Source of the DNA: a virus
Taxonomy: Duplodnaviria; Caudoviricetes
Reading direction: 5' to 3' (one strand)
IMG/VR virus record: IMGVR_UViG_3300005686_000008
DNA: 64,000 nucleotides
In this document: in pieces, positions 28,599 through 39,466 of the stretch
Layout: each line of letters opens with the position of its first letter
Numbering within the stretch: the stretch's first letter is position 1
Notes under the pieces: model-generated
What the model saw: the letters and a program-made list of their open reading frames with translations, nothing else
Told to the model about the DNA's origin: nothing
Databases searched by the model: none
Translations under genes and position numbers: made by a program

Positions 28599-28612
28599 AA
28601 GGATATTTAACC

Positions 28613-28663
28613 CTCCTCTGTGAACCAAATTAATAACAATTTGGTGGCTTTTTTACAGAGGAG
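28613..28663 (+). promoter_or_regulatory. Hairpin sequestering the RBS of the protease gene
   Basis: CTCCTCTGT/ACAGAGGAG with inner CCAAATT/AATTTGG. Confidence 0.6.
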
Positions 28664-28668
28664 ATACA

Positions 28669-29622
28669 ATGAGGCCGATACCTTGTCTCTTGTCGATTAT
28701 CCTTACTTTCTTAGCCGTATTTTCTGTTGCCAAAGCCGGGGTGACAGTAATACCGTTAAATAGCAATGATAAAAATGCTCAAGACTTCCCGTTTGTTGGA
28801 AGCCTTGTCAATATAAACACTGGAGCATCTGGCTCTGCTGTTGTTATAGGCGATGGAAGTCATATTATTACCGCAAGGCATGTTATAACTCATGATGGAA
28901 CTCAGGAAGGCCTTGTTCTCGAAGGCGCAAACTTCGTATTCACTCTTGAAGGAGAAGGCTTCTTAGTAGAGAGAGTTTTTGCAAACGAATCTTCAGATGT
29001 TGCTATACTTAAACTAATCAAAAAAGCTCCTTGCTCTATAAAGCTTTATAATTCAGAAGATTCTTTGAATAAAGATTTCTACGGAGTTGGATTTGGAAAA
29101 GGCTCAACTATGGCGTGTTCTAATCTTATCATATGGGATCTTCCATATGGAACTAAGAGAATATTTAAGAACACTATCTTGGGTTCCAGGTATGAAATTC
29201 GAATAAGTAATAATAAAATAACGTTAGAGAAAAAACTGTTTTTTGTGCTTAGAGAATCTGGTAATTCTTTTTACAAGCCAATAGAAGGAGAGGGAATGCA
29301 TGGTCCCGGAGACTCTGGCGGCGGTATCTTTATCAACAACAACGGAAATATGGAATTGGTTGCTATTATAAATTCCATCCTCCCTCAGTCTCCTATTGCC
29401 GGTTTTGTAGCTGATCTGTATTACTGTAAGAGTTGGATAGAATCCATTGTTCCAAACTCATTTGCGGATAAGCAATCTATAAAACTAAAAATTGATCCAT
29501 CTATTGTTGCTGGAACAGCAGTTTTTTCTGTTCTTTGTATAAAAAGAGAACAGGTATACGCTATTTATACTTTTACTCGTCGCAAAAAACTTACACTATT
29601 GAAGTCTCGAAGAGTCGCATAA
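28669..29622 (+). CDS. Secreted trypsin-like serine protease
   Basis: Signal peptide; ITARH, SDVAILKL, GDSGGG triad motifs. Confidence 0.85.
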   Translation: MRPIPCLLSIILTFLAVFSVAKAGVTVIPLNSNDKNAQDFPFVGSLVNINTGASGSAVVIGDGSHIITARHVITHDGTQEGLVLEGANFVFTLEGEGFLVERVFANESSDVAILKLIKKAPCSIKLYNSEDSLNKDFYGVGFGKGSTMACSNLIIWDLPYGTKRIFKNTILGSRYEIRISNNKITLEKKLFFVLRESGNSFYKPIEGEGMHGPGDSGGGIFINNNGNMELVAIINSILPQSPIAGFVADLYYCKSWIESIVPNSFADKQSIKLKIDPSIVAGTAVFSVLCIKREQVYAIYTFTRRKKLTLLKSRRVA

Positions 29623-29720
29623 CCACTTGAAAACAAACGTATTTGCATCGCTTGCCTAAGATTCCTTTGCAGGCTAAACTTTCCTAGAAGAAATGGGAAA
29701 TAGCCTTGAAAGGAATTGCA

Positions 29721-31661
29721 ATGGCAGACACACCCCCAACAAACGCCTATACCGGAGCAAAAATCCAAGTCCTTAAAGGATTGGAAGCGGTGAGGCATCG
29801 TCCAGCGATGTACATTGGTGATACGGAGAAGAAAGGTCTTCATCATCTTATCTGGGAGATTCTTGATAACTCCGTAGATGAAGCAATGGCAGGTTTCGCA
29901 AAGAACATCAATATCGTAATTGAAAAAGATGGAGAAACAATCTCTGTAGAGGATGATGGAAGAGGTATTCCTGTTGATATGCATCCAACGGAGCATAAGT
30001 CTTCGCTGGAAGTCGCAATGACGGTTCTCCATGCTGGCGGAAAGATGACTTCTGATTCCAGCGGCTATGTTGCTTCTGGCGGTCTACATGGCGTTGGAGC
30101 GTCTTGCGTAAATGCTTTGTCTGACAAAATGACTGTTGAAGTCTGGAGAGATGGTCATTTATGGAAACAGGAATATTCTAGAGGAGAACCTTTGGCTAAG
30201 GTGTCAAAGGTTTGTAAACTCGATAAGCACGATAAGCAAAATGGCACTAAATCAACTTGGCATGCTGATGGCCAGATTTTCAAGCATAGCGTAAAACTTG
30301 ATGAAAGCGAAATCCTTCGTCGTCTTCGTGAAACTGCATTCTTGAATCGTGGCCTTAAGATTTCATTCAATAATCTTGCAACAGGCACGAAACTCGATTT
30401 CAAGTTTGATGGAGGCATTGGCGATTATGTTCTCTATCTTGTTCAAGGCAAGAATGGCATTTATCCAGACGCTCCTATTTATGGACAGAAAACATTGGAT
30501 GGGATGCAAGTAGAAGTGGCCCTGTCCTGGACGGATGAAGATGATAGTTTGATTTTTTCTTATGCCAACAACATTCATACTGTTGATGGAGGAACCCATC
30601 TATCTGGTTTCAAAACATCTTTGACCAGAACGATCAATAAGATTGGGTATTCGAGCGGAAACCTCAAAGAAAAAGATGAAAGCCTTGAAGGTAGAGACAT
30701 TCAAGAGGGTCTAACAGCTATTGTTAGCATTCGCCTTCCTCAACCTCAATTCGTTGGTCAAACGAAGGCAAAACTAGGTACAGTTGAAGCAGAAGCCATT
30801 GTTAGTACGGTTACTGCTGATGTTCTTACTGACTTCCTTGAACGCAATCCAAAATCTCTTGAGAGAATCGTTGAAAGAGCGCAACTTTCCCAACGCGCAA
30901 GAAAAGCAGCAAAGGATGCCGCTTCTGCTTTGAAGAAGAAAAGTTTCCTTGGAAGTAGCGGAAGAATTCCTGGTAAACTTAGGGATTGCCGTAGTGGAGA
31001 CGTAACTATCAATGAACTCTTCATTGTAGAAGGCGACTCTGCTGCTGGTTCTGCCAGCGGCGGAAGAGATAGCGAAGTACAAGCGATCTTGTCCAATAAA
31101 GGCAAGATTATCAACGCTGAAAAGTGTACAATCAATGACCTGTTCAAGAATGATGAAATTATCAATTTGATGCTTTGCATCGGTACTGGCGTAAGAGACC
31201 AGTTTGATCTTAGCAAGTTGAAGTACGGCAAAATCATCATCATGTCGGACGCCGATGATGACGGCTACCATATCCGTACATTGTTGCTTACGTTCTTCTA
31301 CCGCTTTATGCGTCCGCTTGTTGAGCATGGTCATGTTTATGTTGCTCAGGCCCCGCTTTATATGATTGATAGGAAGAATGATCCGGTTTACTGCTGGACA
31401 GATAAAGAACTTCAAGAAAGTCTTTCTACCATTGGCGCTAAGCATGACGTTAAGCGTTTCAAGGGTCTTGGCGAAATGGATGCCGAGCAGCTTGCGGAAA
31501 CAACAATGAGGAAGGGGAAGAGAAGGCTTTTGCAGGTTACTATGGAAGACGCCGCAGAAGCCGAACGACTTTTGACCGTACTCATGGGGAAAAATGTCGC
31601 TCTTCGCAGGCAACACATCACTGAGAATGTAAATAATTCCGCCGTTAACGTTGAGGTATAA
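29721..31661 (+). CDS. gyrB: DNA gyrase/type IIA topoisomerase subunit B
   Basis: LEAVRHRPAMYIG, DNSVDE, DDGRGIP, GGLHGVGASCVNALS, VEGDSAAGSA, DADDDG, RFKGLGEM. Confidence 0.96.
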   Translation: MADTPPTNAYTGAKIQVLKGLEAVRHRPAMYIGDTEKKGLHHLIWEILDNSVDEAMAGFAKNINIVIEKDGETISVEDDGRGIPVDMHPTEHKSSLEVAMTVLHAGGKMTSDSSGYVASGGLHGVGASCVNALSDKMTVEVWRDGHLWKQEYSRGEPLAKVSKVCKLDKHDKQNGTKSTWHADGQIFKHSVKLDESEILRRLRETAFLNRGLKISFNNLATGTKLDFKFDGGIGDYVLYLVQGKNGIYPDAPIYGQKTLDGMQVEVALSWTDEDDSLIFSYANNIHTVDGGTHLSGFKTSLTRTINKIGYSSGNLKEKDESLEGRDIQEGLTAIVSIRLPQPQFVGQTKAKLGTVEAEAIVSTVTADVLTDFLERNPKSLERIVERAQLSQRARKAAKDAASALKKKSFLGSSGRIPGKLRDCRSGDVTINELFIVEGDSAAGSASGGRDSEVQAILSNKGKIINAEKCTINDLFKNDEIINLMLCIGTGVRDQFDLSKLKYGKIIIMSDADDDGYHIRTLLLTFFYRFMRPLVEHGHVYVAQAPLYMIDRKNDPVYCWTDKELQESLSTIGAKHDVKRFKGLGEMDAEQLAETTMRKGKRRLLQVTMEDAAEAERLLTVLMGKNVALRRQHITENVNNSAVNVEV

Positions 31662-31665
31662 TAAG

Positions 31666-34206
31666 ATGGCAAAGAGAAAGCCCCACAACCCCGAACTAGA
31701 CCTTCCTGATACCATTGAGCAGATGGAATTCAGCAAAGTCATTGATGGAGCGTTTACAAAATACGCTTATAAGGTCATTGAAGACCGAGCGATTCCTGAT
31801 GCTCGCGACGGAATGAAACCGTCTCAGCGCAGGATTTTGTACGCTATGGACCAACTTGGATTGGCTCCAACAAAGAAGCATATGAAGTGCGCCAAGATCG
31901 TCGGCGAGACGATGGGTAACTACCACCCGCATGGAAACTTGGCCCTTTATGGAACGCTTGTGGGCATGGCTCAGCCTTGGGGGATTAGGACTCCCCTCGT
32001 TGACCCTCAAGGAAACTTCGGCTCTGTGGATGGCGATAATGCCGCTGCTGAACGTTATACCGAGGCTCGCCTTTCTTATGCTGGTGCGGCTCTTTTGGAA
32101 GACCTTTCTCCAAGAGTCGTTAGGTTCAAGAAAAACTACGACGAGTCAAGGGAAGAGCCTTCCGTACTGCCGGCTAAACTTCCAAACCTCCTTTTGAACG
32201 GCTGTTCGGGTATTGCTGTAGGCTATGCAACCAATATCCCTCCGCACAACCTGAGAGAACTTGCAAGGGTCTTTGAGGCCTTTATCAAGAATCCCAATAT
32301 TACTCCGCAGGAAATCATCAAGATCATGCCCGGTCCTGACTTCCCAACAGGCGGCGCTCTTCTTGGGCAAGAAGGGGTTCTCGAATACTATCAGACTGGC
32401 AAAGGTTCTATCAAACTTGAAGGCATCTATACCATTGAGCCTGATAGCAAAGGAAATGACCAGATCATCATTACTGAGTTCCCCGAGGGAGGCGCTCCCG
32501 AGAAGTTTAGGGAAGAGGTTAAAGACCTGATTGATAAGGGCAAGATTGGCGGCATCTCTGATATCGCTAACTACTCTTCCAACAAGATTGGAACAAGAGT
32601 AATCGTTGAAATCGGTCGCAACGGAAATGTAAAGACTATTCTCAACCAGATCCTGTCTCATACTTGTTTGAGAGTGTCTTTCTCTGTCAACTCAACAGTC
32701 CTTATCAATGGAAAGCTTTACGACAAGGCTCCTATTACCGTTCTGGTAAAAGCCTTCATTGACCATCGTACAGAGGTTCTTACCAACAAGTTCAACGCCG
32801 AACTCGCTGATAGTCTTGAAAGAATCGAAATCCTTGAAGGGCTTCTTAGCGTTGCTTCTCATATTGATGAGGCAATCAAGATTGTTCGCGCAAGCGAAAA
32901 TCCAGAGGCGGCTGCAAAGGCTTTGATTGAAAGAAAGCTGGTAACAACCGAGCGTCAAGCAAAGGCTGTTCTTGCTATTACTCTTGCAAAGTTGACCAAA
33001 CTTGAGCATAATGCCCTGCTGGAAGAGAAGAAGAAGAAAGAAGAAAGAGTTGCTTGGCTCAATAAGACTCTTGCTAATGTTAATGATATTCTTTCTCTCA
33101 TTATCCAAGAGCAGAAAGAGATTGCTGAAAAACTCGGAGATGACCGTAGAACAAAGATTTCTGGTTCCGCGGAGAACATCATTGAGGCAGACCTTATTCC
33201 TGTTGAAGATGTAGTTGTATGTATCACTACCGACGATTGCATTAAGCGCGTTCCTCTAAAGGAATATCGCAAGCAAAATCGTGGCGGCGTTGGAGTAAGC
33301 TCTGGTTCTTCTAGTGAAGACTTCTGTATGCAGTCTATGTTTGCTGCATCTACTCACGATGACCTTTTGTGTTTCACAGATGGCGGTAGAGCCTTCTCTA
33401 TCAAGGTCTTTGAGCTTCCTGAAACCGGAAGAACGGCCAAGGGTCGTCCTATTATCAACTTCATCAATCTAAAGAATGGCGAAAGGATCTGCGCTTATCT
33501 CCCAATCAAGGGACTTGGAAAGAGCCATACGTTCCTTAACTTCATTAGCGAGAATGGTCTTATCAAGAGGGCAGCGCTTCGCCAGTATGCAAATATCAAC
33601 AAGGGAGGCGTTGTTGCTGTCAAGGTAAAGAATGGAGACAGAATCGTAACCGTTCTTCCTTCTAAGGGAATTGATGACCTTCTTCTTGTAACGCATCTTG
33701 GAATGTCAATCAGGTTCAGCGAACTTGAAGTTCGTATCGGCGGGCGTCAGTCGTCTGGCGTAACTGGTATCAAGATTGGCAACAATGATAAGGTTGTTGG
33801 CGGCATCGTTGTTCCGATGAAGTTTGACAAGGATGGAGACACTATAACTTCGGAGAACGGTCTTACCATGATGACCTTTAGTACAAGGGGTTTCGGTAAG
33901 AGAACCAATGTTGACGAATATCTTGTCTCTCCTGTTGATGGCGGGAAACTCCGTCAGCAATCTCGCGGAGGCAAGGGTCGCATTGATATGAACATTGAAA
34001 AGAAAACAGGCAACTGTAGCGGCGTAATCCCTGTCAGGAATGGCAAGGATATTGTAATCATCACCAAGCAAGGTCAAATGGTAAGAATCCCTGGCGACTC
34101 AATCAAGACAACTTATAGAGGCACTAGCGGAGTAAGGATTGTAAAACTTGGAGATAATGACGAGGCTATCGCAGCTTCCCCGGTTGCTCAGGAAGTTGAA
34201 GAATAA
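31666..34206 (+). CDS. gyrA: DNA gyrase subunit A
   Basis: DGMKPSQRRILY, YHPHG, AAERYTEARL, GPDFPTG, GyrA-box-like QNRGGVG, C-terminal pinwheel repeats. Confidence 0.96.
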   Translation: MAKRKPHNPELDLPDTIEQMEFSKVIDGAFTKYAYKVIEDRAIPDARDGMKPSQRRILYAMDQLGLAPTKKHMKCAKIVGETMGNYHPHGNLALYGTLVGMAQPWGIRTPLVDPQGNFGSVDGDNAAAERYTEARLSYAGAALLEDLSPRVVRFKKNYDESREEPSVLPAKLPNLLLNGCSGIAVGYATNIPPHNLRELARVFEAFIKNPNITPQEIIKIMPGPDFPTGGALLGQEGVLEYYQTGKGSIKLEGIYTIEPDSKGNDQIIITEFPEGGAPEKFREEVKDLIDKGKIGGISDIANYSSNKIGTRVIVEIGRNGNVKTILNQILSHTCLRVSFSVNSTVLINGKLYDKAPITVLVKAFIDHRTEVLTNKFNAELADSLERIEILEGLLSVASHIDEAIKIVRASENPEAAAKALIERKLVTTERQAKAVLAITLAKLTKLEHNALLEEKKKKEERVAWLNKTLANVNDILSLIIQEQKEIAEKLGDDRRTKISGSAENIIEADLIPVEDVVVCITTDDCIKRVPLKEYRKQNRGGVGVSSGSSSEDFCMQSMFAASTHDDLLCFTDGGRAFSIKVFELPETGRTAKGRPIINFINLKNGERICAYLPIKGLGKSHTFLNFISENGLIKRAALRQYANINKGGVVAVKVKNGDRIVTVLPSKGIDDLLLVTHLGMSIRFSELEVRIGGRQSSGVTGIKIGNNDKVVGGIVVPMKFDKDGDTITSENGLTMMTFSTRGFGKRTNVDEYLVSPVDGGKLRQQSRGGKGRIDMNIEKKTGNCSGVIPVRNGKDIVIITKQGQMVRIPGDSIKTTYRGTSGVRIVKLGDNDEAIAASPVAQEVEE

Positions 34207-34709
34207 GTTTTGATAGCGAAAGGCGCGGTATGTATGAGTTCCGTTAATAGTATTGAAAGAATCCATAAAGTGATTGATGCTTGCACTACAGCGGCTAGGC
34301 ACTTTCTTTTCATCAACAATGAGGAACAAATTCCATTGAACTTTAGGTTTCTAATGCCTGATGGAACAATGGAGCATGTTTCTGAACAATCTCTTCTTGG
34401 ACTTTCTAAAGGGTCAATAGAGGCTCTTATCGGAAGTATCGCAGAAAGACTCAAACCTATTGCTCTTTTCCAGATTTGCGAAGCAAAAAACCCGGATGAC
34501 ATTGACATATTTTGTGTTTCTGCATCCTACAACGTTGACGGTTCGCCTGCATATACTTCTCTTGTTATTCCAATTACAAAAAATGCCGATGGAACTAGAA
34601 CATTGAAAGACGGAATGGGCGAAAGAATAAGTAATTTCGGTTTAGCTGGACGACCTGCTTTCCATTTTGCGTCGAAGACTTTTACCTCAATCAATAGTGG
34701 AGAAAATAA

Positions 34710-35261
34710 ATGAAGTACAAGGGATATATTGTTTTGGGCGTTGTTTTGTTTGTTACTGTTTTCTTGGGAGGTTGCCCTCTCATTACCTATGGCAATAGAG
34801 AGGCTGATCTGAGAACGCAAGTTGAAGCCTCTCAGCAGGCGAACCAGGTTGTTTATGACCGTGTTTGGAAAACGCTTCAACAGCAGGCTGGCGTTACTGA
34901 TAGGTATCAGGAAAGTTTCCGCGCCATCTATAAGGATATCATGGACGCAAGGAATCCTGATGGACAGGCTAAACTTTTGAAGTTCGTTCAAGAGTCTAAC
35001 CCCAACTTCGATTCTAACCTCTTTAAAACCCTTATGACGAGCATTGAGGCTAACCGTAGGGACTTTGAACGAGAGCAGAAAACTCTTATTGATATCCATA
35101 GGGAGCATACTGTTATGTTCAGGCAGTTCCCGAGTAGCGTCTATCTTTCTGTTCTTGGGCGCAAGCAAATCTCTATCCAACTTGTAACATCAACCCGTAC
35201 TGATGAAGCGTTCAAGAGTGGTAAGGATGATGATGTTGATTTGTTCAAGCAGAACAAGTAA
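34710..35261 (+). CDS. LemA-like membrane-anchored helical protein
   Basis: N-terminal TM, then coiled region ending IEANRRDF...QFPSSVY, reminiscent of LemA. Confidence 0.45.
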   Translation: MKYKGYIVLGVVLFVTVFLGGCPLITYGNREADLRTQVEASQQANQVVYDRVWKTLQQQAGVTDRYQESFRAIYKDIMDARNPDGQAKLLKFVQESNPNFDSNLFKTLMTSIEANRRDFEREQKTLIDIHREHTVMFRQFPSSVYLSVLGRKQISIQLVTSTRTDEAFKSGKDDDVDLFKQNK

Positions 35262-35290
35262 CTTAGAATATTGAAAGGCTGGAACTTGTT

Positions 35291-36466
35291 ATGATTATTT
35301 TCACTGCAATGTTAATCCCTCTCATAACAGCAGCCGTTCTGTGGTTCAAGTTTAAGCATCATACAAAGTGGTGGGAGTTCCTAATCCCATTTGGCGCTTC
35401 ATTTATCTTTGCCCTTCTTATGCATCTTCTTACCTCTTTCTTTCAGGTAAATAGAGATGAATATTGGACAGGCTGGATAACTAAGGCTAGCTATTTTGAA
35501 GCATGGAACGAAAAGGTTTATTATACCGAAAGAGTTCCAGACGGAACAACTCGTTATAGAGGAGCTGATGGTAAATGGCACTCTAAAACTAAATACAAGA
35601 CTGTACGCAAGTCTCGCATTGATGAACATCCTCCTCAGTGGGCTGCTTATGGTAGCAACGGAGAGACCTATTCAATAAGCCAGTCTGAATACAAGTCTTT
35701 TGTCAACAGATGGGGCAATGAATCGTTTGAGGAATTGAATAGGCATTTCTATAGTAGAGACGGAGACAGATATAACGTTTTATACAATAAAGTAGAAAAC
35801 GATATGGAGGTTATTAGTTCTGTCCATACTTATGAAAATAAAGTTGCCGCCTCAAGGTCTGTATTCAAGTTGCGGCCAGTATCTAAAGAGGAAGTAAAGA
35901 CTTTTGGACTTTACGATTATCCCTCTATGTCTGGAAGCTGGAACTTGCCATCCATATTAGGGTCGGATGTTCCTGGATTTTCTCAAGCGGAACGACAACT
36001 TAGTATCTTGAATGCAAAACTAGGGGCTTCGAAAGAAGTCAGGATATGGTTGCTTGTATTCAAAGAGAAACCATTAGATGCGGCTTATGCGCAGCAGAAC
36101 TATTGGATCAATGGCAACATGAACGAGTTTGTTATCTGCGTTGGAGTTGATCAAAATAATAAAGTTCAATGGGGTCATGCTTTTTCTTGGACAGACAACA
36201 GTAGCCTGATCGTTGAGGCACGAAATGCTGTCGATGCTCAGGTAGATAAAAGAGTTGAACTTGACCAAATTATTGACTGGGCAGAACAGAACATTCCTCA
36301 AAAGTGGACTAGAAAGGATTTTGAGAAAGATTTTGACTATCTCTCGGTCGAACCTCCGCTTTGGGCCATAATTCTGACATTTGTGCTAACTCTAGGACTA
36401 AACTTTGGCATCTCTTTTTGGATAGTAGGCAACGAGTTTATGGAAGACAAAAGAGCCATCGCATGA
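35291..36466 (+). CDS. Membrane protein with a possible TPM-like domain
   Basis: Two N-terminal TMs and one C-terminal TM; EVRIWLLVF...AQQNYW..GNMNEFVICVG. Confidence 0.5.
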   Translation: MIIFTAMLIPLITAAVLWFKFKHHTKWWEFLIPFGASFIFALLMHLLTSFFQVNRDEYWTGWITKASYFEAWNEKVYYTERVPDGTTRYRGADGKWHSKTKYKTVRKSRIDEHPPQWAAYGSNGETYSISQSEYKSFVNRWGNESFEELNRHFYSRDGDRYNVLYNKVENDMEVISSVHTYENKVAASRSVFKLRPVSKEEVKTFGLYDYPSMSGSWNLPSILGSDVPGFSQAERQLSILNAKLGASKEVRIWLLVFKEKPLDAAYAQQNYWINGNMNEFVICVGVDQNNKVQWGHAFSWTDNSSLIVEARNAVDAQVDKRVELDQIIDWAEQNIPQKWTRKDFEKDFDYLSVEPPLWAIILTFVLTLGLNFGISFWIVGNEFMEDKRAIA

Positions 36467-37148
36467 CGCTTAAGCAGATAGCCGACACCTATGGGCTTCC
36501 TGCTAGGATTAGAATTCCTTTAGAGAAGCATATTGTCAACCAGTTTGGCAAATCTGTTAGACTAATAGAGTTTCTTCATCGGACAATCACAAAAAAGCTT
36601 GAAAATGGGCATTACCTCCAATATGATGAATCTCAACCGTGGCATGGCGAGTTTCAGTGCTGCTACGTTGAAAGCGTTTCGGACAAAGTTCAAAAGAATT
36701 GGGAATATGCTGGTAAGCCTACTCCCGAACAACTTCCAGAAAAAGGAAAAGAAAATGGGTGGGACAAATCAAAAAACGTTGACCCCGGCAGTTCCTCAAA
36801 CAGCTAATGTTGGTTCTGCAATTATTTCTTCTCTTCGCATTCACGAAAACAACGGAGAAGTCCATCTGCATGATGATGCAAACAGTCGTAAATTTGCATG
36901 TCCTGTGGCTGAGTTTTATTCTGGTTGGAAAAATGGTAAATCGTCAAATTTTGCCAATCCTCTTGTTCTTGTTGGACATGATGGAAACGGGAACCCCTTG
37001 TCTGCTCGTTTCGAAAAGGTAATTTCAAACGGTAAGCTGGATGTTTCCATTTCGTTTGACAAGGTTGAATCTGGTGACACGATTAACCAGATTGATGATT
37101 TTGTAAATGGTCGGTAAGTAAATACAATTCTTTCAGGAGATTTAGAAA

Positions 37149-38480
37149 ATGACCGCTGTAGCAACCGAGAACAAGAAGTCCAAAGTATCAGCCAAAGACC
37201 GCATTAACGCTTTCATGGAAAGGCATATATGCGATTTTGTTGGCACGAATAGTAAGCCCTATGAATTAACTAGCGTCAAGAGTTTGCAGAGGCCTTCGGA
37301 AGAAACTCTCTTAAATGTTATTCCAACATTTGAAGAGTACACCAAGACCAGAAAGAGTCCCGTAACTATTAATGGTCTTGATGTTGTTTTGCTTGAAACA
37401 TTCAATTTGGAAAAGACTAACAATAACTATATTCCTGGCATTTCAACAAAGGGATTCTCTGCTATTGCGGTTGAAAGGAAAACAGGATTTGCTTGGGGAG
37501 TTATTACTTCTTTTCACAGTCACTCTCTAACTTCTGATGGAATTTCTTATGCAAGAAATTTCTCGGGGAAATTCTCGGGGAAAAATGTAGAGAACGATAC
37601 TAGCTATTTCTATAGCGATGACTGCGTTGATGACACTATTGCTCCAGCTTTGCTCTTTATTGGAGATACTGTCATTGCCAATGCTGATGAAAATGCTTCT
37701 GACAATCAAATCCTTGATTACGATTTATGCCAGAATCTCGCCTGCCTCAGCTTTGATTGCCTTGCGAACCTGATCCGTGGAAAAGTTGTTAATGATTGGC
37801 CTTCAAAGACTATGAAGGTTATTTCTGGCGCTAAACTTTCTATTGTTGATTTTACTCCGCAGGAAACAAAACCAGCCTCGGCAGCTATTCGCGAGAATTA
37901 TAGTTCTGTAAATCGTAAGGCTAATTTCAACTTCTATGCTTGGGCGGCAAAGCAGAAGACCCCTGGTTATGGTTTCTCTCTTATTATGACTAATAAGCTT
38001 GAATGGCACAAGCCTTCTACTGTTGTTATTCGTAATGGCAACGTCACTTACCTTATGGGACAGGATGAAGATACTTATTTTGGTTGCCAACTCGCAGATA
38101 ATCCCAATTCCATTGAAGAAGCCTATCTCTCTCTTATTCCGGCAGAAGCAAGAGGGGTTAAGGGTGTACTCCGTCAAGGTGAATGGTTTGCAATTCCTGT
38201 TGCAAATCAAAAGAGCGTTCCTGATCGTTTCGATAAGAACGTTATTCTTTGCGATTGCGATTGTGATAGCCTTGGCCTTTGTTTTGGTTTAGAAGATAAG
38301 GACTCTAACCATCATCATCTTAGCGGCGAAATTATCGTTTTGAAAGATGGCAGGTACTTTGTTCGCAACTTTGAGATTGAGCATAGCGAACATGCTACTC
38401 TTAGCGGAGAACACAACGTGTGGTATACTTTCGCCCGTAATACGGCTGTAGCTTCTTTCTCTGCTGAAAGAGTAGACTAA
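37149..38480 (+). CDS. Hypothetical protein with LRQGEWF and His-rich C-terminus
   Basis: RBS aggag; LRQGEWFAIP, NHHHL, EHSEH. Confidence 0.65.
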   Translation: MTAVATENKKSKVSAKDRINAFMERHICDFVGTNSKPYELTSVKSLQRPSEETLLNVIPTFEEYTKTRKSPVTINGLDVVLLETFNLEKTNNNYIPGISTKGFSAIAVERKTGFAWGVITSFHSHSLTSDGISYARNFSGKFSGKNVENDTSYFYSDDCVDDTIAPALLFIGDTVIANADENASDNQILDYDLCQNLACLSFDCLANLIRGKVVNDWPSKTMKVISGAKLSIVDFTPQETKPASAAIRENYSSVNRKANFNFYAWAAKQKTPGYGFSLIMTNKLEWHKPSTVVIRNGNVTYLMGQDEDTYFGCQLADNPNSIEEAYLSLIPAEARGVKGVLRQGEWFAIPVANQKSVPDRFDKNVILCDCDCDSLGLCFGLEDKDSNHHHLSGEIIVLKDGRYFVRNFEIEHSEHATLSGEHNVWYTFARNTAVASFSAERVD

Positions 38481-38488
38481 ATTCAACG

Positions 38489-38519
38489 CCGGCTTGCCGA
38501 AAGACAAGCCGGTAGTTTT
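38489..38519 (+). terminator. Probable terminator
   Basis: CCGGCTTG/CAAGCCGG followed by TAGTTTT. Confidence 0.6.
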
Positions 38520-39103
38520 ATGTCATACTTATCTGATGATATTCCGTTTGAAGAGTTAGAACAAACTCTTCCCATTGTTGATAATATCTTAGAACAATCA
38601 TTTGATGGAAGACCTGCTGAAGATCTTACCAGCAAAGAGAGAATCAAGCTCAATTTGCTGTTTAGAATAGCAGCTAGTATTCATCTTGCTAAAAGAGGCT
38701 ATACTTGTCCTCCTGATGAAATTGAATACTGCTTTGGGAGATAGTTCCTAATGTCAAGAGTTGTACAAGAATTCTATTGCGCGAAGTCTGGCGGCGGATG
38801 CGGCGGATTTTTCCTCGCAAAACTCAATATGTCGCTCAGCGGCATTCACAAAATAATCTGCCCCAACTGCGGACATGATCATCAACGTCGAATTAAAGAC
38901 GGAGTGATTGTTGAAGACAAACGATATGAGAATAAGCCTGTAGATGAAATCTACCCAACTAAATCCAGCTTCCGAATGGAGCCATATACTCTTCAAACAA
39001 AACAGAGAGTAGGAACTGATAAAGAAAGAGATTGTGTTGTATTAGATAAGAAAACCGCTCCTAAAGACATTAGCCATTGGATTGAATGGCATGGAGACAA
39101 GAT

Positions 39104-39463
39104 ATGAACGAGGTTCTTAATAAAATCAAGTTCTCCCCATTTTCCCAGGCTCGCGCTCTGTTCGAAGTAGAAACATCTCTTCAAACTCCTGATGATAAAG
39201 GTTTTGCGCACATCGAAAACGATCCTGATTTCGGCGTATTCAGAATACTTGATCAAAGAGAAGGAGACAAACGGCTCGTTTGGAACCGTTTGAGCATGGG
39301 CGATATCGCTGAAGCAGGTAGGATGTTTGATAAGTTCCTCAAAGAGGGGCTGGCGGCTTATAGAGTTGGAGGCGACGGCAAGACTGGTGCAAGGATGGAA
39401 TCCTTTGACCCAACAGCCGAAGAAGTCATTTTCATGCCCATCAAACTCATAGCTGGCGGATAA
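39104..39463 (+). CDS. Small protein ending in a Gly-Gly motif
   Basis: ...ESFDPTAEEVIFMPIKLIAGG-stop; RBS ggag. Confidence 0.7.
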   Translation: MNEVLNKIKFSPFSQARALFEVETSLQTPDDKGFAHIENDPDFGVFRILDQREGDKRLVWNRLSMGDIAEAGRMFDKFLKEGLAAYRVGGDGKTGARMESFDPTAEEVIFMPIKLIAGG

Positions 39464-39466
39464 CTC

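Noticed and set aside
30774-31742. 322-aa minus-strand ORF and other long antisense ORFs (4581-5234, 34527-35180, 38993-39784, 54482-55252)
   Set aside because: All lie opposite well-supported + strand genes and lack motifs or an RBS
29721-34206. Inteins or introns in gyrB/gyrA (also checked lysS, rtcB and the helicases)
   Set aside because: Lengths are normal and the motifs are contiguous
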